Assembly: GCA_950097015.1 (NCBI GenBank) | Contig: CATNEN010000011.1 | Span: 6,510,001 to 6,574,000, forward strand | Direction: 5' to 3' | DNA from: Macrostomum hystrix | Taxonomy: Eukaryota; Animalia; Platyhelminthes | Length of the DNA stretch: 64,000 nucleotides | Notes under the pieces: generated by a model | Told to the model about the DNA's origin: nothing | The model's input: the letters and a program-made list of their open reading frames with translations, nothing else | Databases searched by the model: none | Shown: positions 50,734-64,000 of the stretch, in pieces | Layout: each line of letters opens with the position of its first letter | Position numbering within the stretch: position 1 is the first letter of the stretch | Program-made: the position numbers and the translations under genes

Positions 50734-50817
50734 GTGAGCTTGGCAGCGCACAGTGGCTGTACTAACTGGACTGCTCAGGGGCACGATATAAACCTATCTA
50801 TGAAAAACCATTTTCAG

Positions 50818-51196
50818 CGTCGAGAATCTAAAGAACTCGACCTACATCATTGAGAACGGCATTCGCAAGCGGGTCCACGCCGAGTCCCGGCCCTGCCTGG
50901 CGACCAACCCGTCAAGCTTGACAACGAAGGCTTGCGCGTCTTCCGCGACTCAGGATCCCGAGAGACTAGCCCCGCTGCCGCGGCACTATCGCATCGAGTC
51001 GCAGGCGCAACTAGCAAAGGACCTCGGCGAGGGTAGCCTCCCGGATGTCAGCGTCTGTCGGCACATTCGGCGCCACGGTGGAGTCATGTCGCGAGACGAA
51101 GTTGCGCGGCTTAGCGAGGCCAGGCGGATGGAGTTGCTGCGTCTGGAAGAGCGCAGGCGGCAAGGCGAGATTGTAATTCGGATGGCAGATCTCAAG
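50818..51196 (+). CDS. JPH: Junctophilin exon 7
   Basis: ttttcag| then VENLKNSTYIIENGIRKRV...SLPDV...RQGEIVIRMADLK, donor |gtcagt. Confidence 0.85.
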
Positions 51197-52079
51197 GTCA
51201 GTTTCTTGCTGTCAGTTTACTCTCGCAATGGATAGAAAGGAAAGGCTTGGTTGTTGCTCGCTTAGTGCGTGGGAGAATGCACACATTCCGTAGTGAAGAG
51301 AATCTTTAGATAGGATCAAAGGACAATTGTCGACGCTATATGTATACACTGTAGGACACAGTGCCATAGAATTTACATTCTGTAGTAAAGCGACAGAACT
51401 GGCGGCGGTCTGGGTGAGGCCCAATCTTACTGGCAAGTGCGGATACCAGATGTACACAGTAAGGCACAGGGCCATAGAATGTACGAGCGTACATTACGGA
51501 GGGTAGAAAAAATAAAGGGGTCAGCGTGGGGAGACGTTCACTGGGGTAGAAAACTATTTTGCTAGCCGTGGCGTGGGGTGTATACTAATGTACATTACTC
51601 TAAAATTAAAAAATTTAAAGAGAGAGTAGCCTTGGTAGATGGAAAGGAATGCATGAATTAACGTGAAGTTGCATGAAGTAATTTGTTCTTTTTCTTGCGT
51701 TTAAGCGAACTGGAGTGTTTTTAGTTTGAATCCCACCATGACTAATATTTATTAATCTGAAAAAGCATCGATTGAATGAACAAATAAAACCTAGGAATAT
51801 AAACGTCTTCCGCTCACGGATCCGCATCACGGATTCGTAACCCGGTCCAATATGCGACGCTGTCGTTATTGCGCAACAGTCCAGAGAAACAATTACGGTG
51901 CGACCTCCGGTGATGAAAATAGATCGGCCAGTCAGCCAGTTCAAACTAGACACTTCCTGGCTGAGGCTGTCAAATTATTGGCTGCCGCCGCGCTTCGCAC
52001 CTGTCACTGTGCCACTGACTTTATCAGAGCCGAAGTCAAGGTTAGAAAGCATGATGTGCCTGATACCGCATGCGTTTTA

Positions 52080-52220
52080 CAATGTTAGACACAGGTGGAA
52101 TGTTAGACACACGTGGAATGTTAGACACAGGTGGAATGTTAGACACACGTGGAATGTTAGACACAGGTGGAATGTTAGACACACGTGGAATGTTAGACAC
52201 AGGTGGAATGTTAGACACAA
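52080..52220 (+). repeat. 18-bp repeat with alternating variants (36-bp dimer: aatgttagacacaggtgg/aatgttagacacacgtgg)
   Basis: About 7.5 units. Confidence 0.9.
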
Positions 52221-52408
52221 TTTAGAAGTACACATTGAATGCTTGAATCGCACACGCTCTGAGTGCCTATATGTTTTCTGCTATCTTGAATTATTAGTGC
52301 ATGCAGTGATTTTTTGACTCCACTCGATCTGTCGCGCCGATGCAAATTCTTAGATTGACGCCCACGGCAAAACCAATTGTGAAATCGCTGTCTTATTCCC
52401 AATTTCAG

Positions 52409-52510
52409 GACTGGTGCCAGGAACACCTGCTACTGTTGTTCGTATTCATAATCAACACGGGACTGGCTATACTTTTCTTTTGCCTATTGACCAGCGCAAA
52501 GCCTACCTGA
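52409..52510 (+). CDS. JPH: Junctophilin last exon (C-terminal ER/SR tail anchor)
   Basis: aatttcag| then DWCQEHLLLLFVFIINTGLAILFFCLLTSAKPT*, matching the junctophilin LNIGLAILF membrane anchor. The eight exons sum to 2697 nt in frame. Confidence 0.9.
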   Translation, partial: DWCQEHLLLLFVFIINTGLAILFFCLLTSAKPT

Positions 52511-52734
52511 TAATAGTAGTGCTATTTTCTAGTGCACCTGAAGAGCTGCCGTCGTGTTTTTGAAACCTTGCGACCAATCGGCAATTTATTTTTCGAAGTT
52601 CTTTACGTGAGAGAGTGGTTAGTAATGCTTCAGGACTCTCTACGATCAGCCTGTCACCCTCTGTTCCTGTGTCTGTCTAATCAAACTAAAGCAGTTTTTA
52701 GTGATAGAAAAACATTTTTTGCTTGTACAGGATA

Positions 52735-52918
52735 AGAATCTCCCGAATCGATTATAGAATCTCCGGAATCTATTGTAGAATCTCCCGAATCGATAGTAGA
52801 ATCTCCCGAATCGATAGTTACAGAATCTCCCGAATCGATAGTAGAATCTCCTGAATCGATAGTAGAATCTCCCAAATCGATAGACGAATCTCCCAAATCG
52901 ATAGACGAATCTCCTTAA
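52735..52918 (+). repeat. 21-bp repeat (gaatctcccgaatcgatagta)n
   Basis: About 8 imperfect units downstream of the JPH stop. Confidence 0.85.
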
Positions 52919-55900
52919 TCGTCCGACTAATCCCCTGACAGCCACTCAGCAACCCTAGACAGTCAGTTATAACGAGCTTTTTCATGTGTCCAATTTATTT
53001 TATTTTTTGCATGATTAACATTTAATTGTCCATTTAATGCTCCTGTTTTTCTGTTTGGTATTTTTAATCCCTTTGAAATCTACGTTTCCATCGTAATGAT
53101 CGAGCAATGCAAATTTCGCTGATAGCAACAATGTCCTGTCACTTGATGAAAACTTAACAATCTTCGATTGCCTGTCGCAACGTTACCTACGCTCGTATAT
53201 TTCTTTTTGTTTATTTAGTTTTTTTTGTGAATTTTATTTTCGCAAGGACTTTAAAATATTAGTTCCTCAGATGTCCCCACAAACGTGAGGCCATTGTACT
53301 CAATCGAAAGTGAAGGATCTCAGCTTGTTGCTCGTTAAAAAAATTATTTGGCGCTTCACTTTATTTTTCCATGCACGGCAAAAAGTAATAATCTTAATGG
53401 AATTACATTTCTTCTAATAGCGTTATAAGCTAAATTAGGTTTACAAGCTTTAAATTATATTGTCAAAAAATTGTTTGTCTCGTTTTATAATAGGAATAAA
53501 GTTATTTTTAAAAGCCTTTTTGCTACTGTTTTCTTCGTGATTAAAAGCTTAATCCTGAAACGGCTAGTCTTTAGCATGATTGCGCTCGCATGAACAAATG
53601 CATAAATTTATGACATACAGACAGAAACAAAATGACGCTGTAGACCGATAAAGCAGATTAAGATTTTTAACAGTGTATTCTCGGTATCCTGTCGATGAAG
53701 TGTGCATATTTGTTTATAGTTTATAATAATGTTCATCTGCCATCATATCATGGTGAAAATGTAAATTTTTAAGCAGTAATAAATATACAGCAGTTTTTCG
53801 ATGGAGTTTCAAAAAAATATAAGCTCATTTTTTGTCATATTACTTATTTGCTTTTTTAGTGTTGGTTAAAAGAAGAGCGACTGATAAGCAGGTTCCGCCT
53901 TCTTATAAATTCTATAGCGCTATAAAATGCTTGCACGTAATTCTCTAAAAGATTGATAGACTTTGACATAGATTGACATAAGATTGACATACCAAGGAAG
54001 AATCGTAAAACTTAAAAAATGTTGCTATGAGTACTTGGAAAATGTACTTATGCTAGTCAGAAGACAGTGTTTATCTGAACAGTGTTTATATGAATATAAA
54101 GGATTAACTAACACCGGGGAGTAACACGAAAACTAAAAAGTGATCATATAAATGAAATTAAACGCAACGAAAATTGTATTAAAGTCACAGTAAAAAATAA
54201 ATATTAGTTACTCACATTTTTTCTTGATATTTAAAGTGATTACTTTGAAATTTTGTTACTTTCCTTATAACGACGTGAAGGTTTTAAATAGTATTTAGTG
54301 CAGGCTAATTTAATATTATCGATGCGGAGCGGCCGTACAGTATACGTTTTCCTTTTGCTGAATGACCTGCAACCCTGAAGTTAAATTAAGCCAGCTGTGA
54401 GGAGATGTCCTTTGGCAATCTGGTTTAACTACTGACACATAGATTAGTAAAACCATGCTTTGACAGTCAAGAGATGCATTGCAAATCTGATGAAGTGCTT
54501 AGATTGTGTCTGCAAGACAAGGCTGACCTGTAGGGACAACTTTCCTAGCAAAATAATTTTAGTAGCTTACATTTCTAGGTTTTACACTATTTAGACCTTG
54601 GCCTACCCTGTTTTATTTTGTTCTTAGCTTCTGATGTATACCTATCACTCTCAGGTGACTCATGTCATGATGTGGCAGCAAAACTAGCCATAACAAATAA
54701 TTCAGCTGCTAATACATGTCAAAATGTGATTGGTTTCATGGTTTTGTATTTTTAGACTTAAAGACTGTAAAAAAAGAATATAAATTAAGCAGAATTTTAA
54801 TTAGCTAGCTAGCTAGTAGTAGGCCTAATGATGATATGACCATAGGATCCCTAGCCAAAACTTTTGCTTTGATAAAGGCCTAGCAATAATTTGGACAAAT
54901 AGGTCTAAAATGCATACATTTACTATTATTGACATTAATAACTGTCCTAGGCCTACAGTTATTAATTAGTCTTAGTCAAATATAATAAGTAACAATAATA
55001 TTTTATTTTATTCATTTTTTATTTTTTTATTTCATTTTTTCATCATAGGCTACATCTATTCTAGATTACTATTCTCAATGGATGTAATTTTCCTTTGTGT
55101 AGCTAGTTCTAACAAAACAGTTACTAATTTATATGCATATAGCTGTCAGCTATTATATTTTTTGTAGTAAATATTTAGCTGAATAATATACAGCACTGAC
55201 ATATGATATATATTAGGCCTATATTTCCAAGTGTTTGAAAACATTTTATATATAGCTAATCTTAAGGAATTTAATTCCAATTAAGTTATTTTGATTGTTA
55301 TATGAAATGGAAATCTTGAAACTTGATTGGTGCCATTTATATGTTATCAAGGTTCAATATTCATATTATAAGCCGATATAGTCATAATTGTCATTTTTCT
55401 AAGAATACCTTCTTGTTCCACATATCAATATCATAGGTAGGCCTAACTACTGCTTCTATTCTAGTTCTAGTTACCTACAACATTTAAACATGCAGCATTG
55501 CAGACAACTTTCAAATAGTATCAATATCAAAATAATGTTTGATATTTTTATTCCCTAGTCTGAAAAAATATTTTTTTTGTATCCTAGCTTTTAACTAAAA
55601 AGCTACCTTGCCTAAGCCAATCTCCTAGAGTTGGAAAGATGAGTGCCAAAGCAGTTAACATATTTGTTGTTTACCTTTGAATCAAGGCCCTTAAGCCAAA
55701 ATTCCACAGTGAATATAAATTCTGTTGCAGGGCTATATGAATAATTAAGATCCCATTGCTATTACCAAAGTTGTCATAAGCCTAACTTCTTAATAAATTT
55801 TTCATCCTAATAATGCCACCAAAGTTGTAGTAGTTGACAAAACATTGATCTCCTACTTTCTCTCACTCATTTATTTATACCTGTTTTCATGTCTCTCCTC

Positions 55901-56052
55901 CACTTCATTAAAATGTATAAATTCGGTGCATTGGTACATTAAAACAAATGTGTATTTAAACAAAAAATAGATGATTTCTAAGACAATGAAGAAAGCCCTA
56001 TTTAAATTCATTATAGGGAACAGAAGAGTTGTAGACTTTTAGGTTTGTTATA

Positions 56053-56147
56053 GTTTTACACCCCTAAGGGCCAAACTTCAAGACAGTAAGAGTCTGTATT
56101 GCCTGACAATATGAAATTCAGGGCAGATGTACTTACCTTGTGTGAGT
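56053..56147 (+). mobile_element. Decayed internal fragment of SINE family A
   Basis: tttacacccctaagggccaa...gcctgacaatatgaaattcagggcagatgtac aligns with the reverse complement of 2160-2257. Confidence 0.65.
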
Positions 56148-56786
56148 TTGTGCCTATATATAGGTTTATGTATGCCTGGGCTACAGGACTACTGTTACCA
56201 TATTATATGCTGTTACATATAGCTCTTGGTAAATGATTATTCAAATATCATTAGGCATCGCACTAGGCCTATGTAGGGGTTACTGTAAACATAATTTAGC
56301 AGACTACATCTTTTGTTCTCATAAATACATTTTTTTGTTTATACTAAGCTGACCAATGCCATAGTCTGGATAATTTATCTGGCTTTCACCCACATTTTTT
56401 GCCTACAGTATTGGTGTACAAGTAGGCACACTGAAAGTTTGGCATGTATATTTACTTGCTGAAAATATTCCTGATTAATAAATAAATATTTGTAGAATAA
56501 ATTAAAACCTTTTATATATATAGAAAATCACGCATTGAAGTTTGTGTTACATTATAATTTTTTTAATTATTGCTTATAAAAGTAACTTGTATAATTTCAT
56601 GCAATTTTGTATTTTTTAAGACTGGAACATAATTACCCTTAACATTGAATGCTAAAGTTTTACACAATGCTTCTTGAACTTAGGTGAATTTTAGCAGTTA
56701 TGTATCTTTAATTTCTCAATAGTTGTAAACCAAACCACAAAACTATTTTCTAAATTAGTTCCAACCCTGGATCTTGTATTTTCTAG

Positions 56787-60287
<3,501 letters not shown>

Positions 60288-60342
60288 TAGCGTCTTGCGC
60301 TTGTTAACTTTGTCTTCGTTTTAAGGTTTAATGACTGCTTTC

Positions 60343-60460
60343 TAGCATGGGGTCGACTCACGACTCAAAGGTCGGTAGTTCGATTCCTGACTCTACTGGA
60401 ACACAAATTTTGCTAGACATTTTATTGCACATTAGCTCTGCTCAGTTAGCTGTTTAATGT
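60343..60460 (+). mobile_element. tRNA-like SINE head (family C)
   Basis: gtcgactcacgactcaaaggtcggtagttcgattcc with a good B box. Homologous to 50-100. Confidence 0.5.
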
Positions 60461-60505
60461 GGCGCCCCATTCAGTCCATGGACTGAGTTGCTATGGACTG
60501 CACAT

Positions 60506-60660
60506 GGGGTGAGTGGCAGGGAGCGGTTAACGCGTTTGCATCTCGCACCGAGGTACCTGAGCTCGATTCCGCGGCGAGGCCACATTCATGATCACACCTG
60601 TGTGCGTGTGTGCTCAGGAGTGGTGCCATTGCCGGCGGCCCTCCTGCAATTATTATTATT
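60506..60660 (+). mobile_element. SINE family A, internally deleted copy
   Basis: Keeps the tRNA head, a short tgtgtgctcaggagt piece and the 3' end with attattatt. Two internal deletions. Confidence 0.85.
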
Positions 60661-61239
60661 ACGGTCTTGCACGTCTGGTCCTTGTGGTACAAATGCACAG
60701 AAAAAGCTTTCATCCTAGCGCAGTTTTCTAGCGTCAACAACAACGGGCAAGCTTTGTAGCGGGGTATGTTATACTGGCGAGCGAGCGAGCACCAGCTGTT
60801 TATTCACCTAGCCCTAAATTGTCGCTCAAGCAATCTCGCGGTATCAACGAAAATCAGAGTGGAACCTGGCCAGCTTCCATCTTTCCTGCATCATCATTTT
60901 CGCGATTTAGTTTTTTTTATAATTGGCCGAATGATGATTGCGGCGAATCTTTATCTTTTGGTAGATTCGGAATGGAAAATTGGTCATTTTTTTCTGTCGC
61001 TGATAGAGACGCTGTTGTTGATAGTGCAAGCAATTAGCTTTGCTAGTGCAGCTGTGTTACTTAAATTATTGCACAGCTGGGCTGAACAGGCATCAGACAA
61101 TTTTGCCGCTGCTTTTTTGAGAAGCTGTAAATTTTATGACGATATTCGGCGAAAATTGTCACCAGGAAAAACTAGTTTGACTTTTGTGAACTGGCGTGTT
61201 TTGAATGTAGACTTTTGAAAATAAGATACGAGAAAGACT

Positions 61240-62030
61240 AGACAGGTGGCTGATAAGAGCAGACAGATGAGTGATATAAGAGCAGATAGGTTAGTGATAA
61301 GAGCAGACAGGCGAGTGATAAGAGCAGACAGGCTAGTGATATAAGTGCAGATAAGTTAGTGATAAGAGCAGACAGGCGAGTGATATAAGTGCAGATAAGT
61401 TAGTGATAAGAGCAGACAGGCGAGTGATATAAGTGCAGATAAGTTAGTGATAAGAGCAGACAGGCTAGTGATATAAGTGCAGATAAGTTAGTGATAAGAG
61501 CAGACAGGCTAGTGATATAAGTGCAGATAAGTTAGTGATAAGAGCAGACAGATGAGTGATATAAGAGCAGATAAGTTAGTGATAAGAGCAGACAGGCTAG
61601 TGATATAAGTGCAGATAAGTTAGTGATAAGAGCAGACAGGCGAGTGATATAAGTGCAGATAAGTTAGTGATAAGAGCAGACAGGCTAGTGATAAGAGCCG
61701 ACAGGTGAATGATAATAGCAGGCAGTGAGAGATAAGAGCAGACAGGTGAGTGATAAGACTAGACAGGCGAATGATAAGAGCAGGCGGTCAGTGATAAGAC
61801 TAGACAGGTGGGTAATAAGACTAGACAGGTGAGTGATAAGAGCAGACAGGCGAATGATACGAGTAAAAGCAGACAGGTGAATAATAAAAGCAGACAGGTG
61901 AGTGATAAGAGCAGACAGGCGAATGATAAGAGCCGACAGGTGAGTGATAATAGCAGGCAGTGAGAGATAAGAGTAGACAGGTGGGTGATAAGAGCAAACA
62001 GGTGAATAATAAGAGCAGACAGGTGAGCTA
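61240..62030 (+). repeat. 21/23-bp minisatellite with 44-bp dimer (gataagagcagacaggctagt/gatataagtgcagataagttagt)
   Basis: Alternating units at 61320-61680, decaying toward the 3' end. Confidence 0.9.
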
Positions 62031-62620
62031 TAAGTGCTGACTGGTAAGGTACAAGTAAAATAGGAGATAGAAGGTTAGAATAGTAGATGATGGGAATTAT
62101 AGGATAAAAGCTAAAAGTTAGACACGTTAAGATTGAAATCTATAAAGCTGAGAAATAAGACAGGCAGTATGAAGGATGAGACAATTATTACTATTGTTAA
62201 TTGTTAATTAAGTGCGCCAAAAAAGGTATTTATTGCCAATTTATCCGATTGGATTCAGATAAAGATCTAAAGGAAAGGCAGCTTAAGATAAGCAGTTCAG
62301 ATTGTTTAATAAGGGTTTGATCACAGAATACACAGAATGTATTCTGTGGGTTTGATATAAGAAAGAGAATCGAAAATTAAAGGTAGAGCAACACTAAACG
62401 AATATTGTTTAGTAATCATTGCTTTGGTCCGAGTACACAAGTTTAAAATCCAAAGTCTTTAGAAAAAGGAATATCAAGATCATCTGAAAAGCGATTTGAA
62501 AGAAAGCAGTGTGTCGCAAGTTGGCAAAAAAAGACAAAAATATCAGCAGTCCCTAATATAAATTAGGGATAAAACTGGTAACTGGTATAAAACCCGCATT
62601 CGGTTCATTAATGTGGCATG

Positions 62621-62692
62621 AGCAGAGTGGCGCAGTGGAAGCGTGCTGGGCCCATAACCCAGAGGTCCGTGGATCGAAACCACGCTCTGCTA
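62621..62692 (+). tRNA. tRNA-iMet-CAT: Initiator tRNA-Met (anticodon CAT at 62653-62655)
   Basis: 72-nt cloverleaf, A1-U72 pair, three G-C pairs in the anticodon stem, T loop GATCGAAA (A54), and an oligo-T Pol III terminator at 62697-62705. Confidence 0.97.
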
Positions 62693-63009
62693 AACATTTT
62701 TTTTTATTTTTGTCTGTACTTCTCTGCATAGCAAAAGGTACCTAAAAATGAAATGAAATATTTACTACATTTATATTATATCTTTAATTAGACCTAAATC
62801 AATTTATGTTTTTCAAAGTAAGAAATATTTTTGCACGATATATAACATTTTCGCTACATATCGGCTAAACCATTTTTCACACTAACTGTAATATATATTA
62901 TACTTGCGTTGTAAGAAGTAAAGCGAACCAGCAATCTTACGCCATCTCTGCTTATTTAACTACTTTTGCTAATGTTTTTTTCGATACATATCGGCGAATA
63001 TCTTTTTGA

Positions 63010-63195
<186 letters not shown>

Positions 63196-63307
63196 TAAAG
63201 CAGTTTCTTGATACTAGTCAGCAACCTTTTAAGCTACTAAAAGTAGAGTGTAACGCGTTTTATATAAAAATGTATATTTCATATTCAATAATTAATGTTC
63301 ATTTTAG

Positions 63308-63391
63308 CGCGATTTGGACATGCAAATCGCCATCAAGTTCAGCGGCGAATTGTCTCGAATGGAGGAGACCTTTAACTATAAAATGCGTTAG
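63308..63391 (+). CDS. PRMT1: PRMT1 exon 4
   Basis: cattttag| then RDLDMQIAIKFSGELSRMEETFNYKMR*. The four exons sum to 1053 nt. Confidence 0.95.
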   Translation, partial: RDLDMQIAIKFSGELSRMEETFNYKMR

Positions 63392-64000
63392 AAGAAAGTA
63401 CTAACTCGAACTGGCGCCTTGTGTTCAGTGGCTGCGAACATTACTTGCAAGTTTCTACTCGCCGATCCTCTCTCCGCTGCTCCCGGCACCATTTTTTGCC
63501 TAGCGCGCACCTATTGCGCAGCTCTCTCGGTCTCTTCTTTAATCTGTATTATGTCGCTGCATTTCACAATAATCAACTTTTGTTTTGCGCGCTAACTCTC
63601 AGCCGTCATTCTTTTTTTCCTAAGCCCTCCTCGTCTGGTCCTTCCCTAATGAATGCACGGCGGTTCTCTTGTTGTTTGTCTATTATCTATTTTTCTCCGT
63701 TTATTATGTTCGGCTCTGGTTATTTGTTGATCATCTTTGTGTAAGAATAAGTGCTTACTTAGCCCCGGTAAAAGACAAGTGAAATGTTGAAGCGATAAGC
63801 AATGTTCAAGCTTGAAATACAACTTCATGGCTATTGCAGCTGCGCCTTCAGGTTAATGGCGATCGTTGGCCCCGCAATTGTTCTATTTTTTAATAAGACA
63901 AACTGAAACTACCGATTGCCTTGATGGTCTTGCTTCATTGTTGCTTCATTTATTGCCTGTCATCAATTGGAGCTTATTAAGCTCGATAACAGTCGATGAT

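Overview
Eukaryotic (invertebrate metazoan) genomic DNA with spliceosomal introns and about 27 minisatellite arrays. The repeat landscape is reminiscent of a flatworm such as Macrostomum, but that is inference only. Host genes, all on the + strand: the 3' exons of a ZMYND8-like MYND-finger gene, an intronless Rac-type Rho GTPase (11854-12450), a complete 8-exon junctophilin (32292-52510, 898 aa by my exon assembly) and a complete 4-exon PRMT1 (56817-63391, 350 aa) with an initiator tRNA-Met gene in intron 2. Mobile DNA: an intact 4528-bp Ty3/Gypsy element (19239-23766, - strand) with identical 224-bp LTRs, inserted in a 21-bp minisatellite, whose PBS matches the tRNA-iMet in this window; two tRNA-derived SINE families that share a structured 3' domain; CORE-like SINE fragments; and a MITE-like TIR family. 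Best leads: (1) a roughly 2.4-kb CpG-depleted block with clustered TAGGCCTA palindromes upstream of PRMT1, containing a SINE relic with CpG decay; (2) the shared SINE 3' module; (3) a -1 gag-pol junction with no canonical slippery heptamer; (4) minisatellites built on shared or dyad cores, such as an M-box-like array upstream of junctophilin. Most long ORFs in the supplied track are repeat artefacts. All alignments and counts were made by eye, no database was searched, and I cannot confirm that anything here is previously undescribed.
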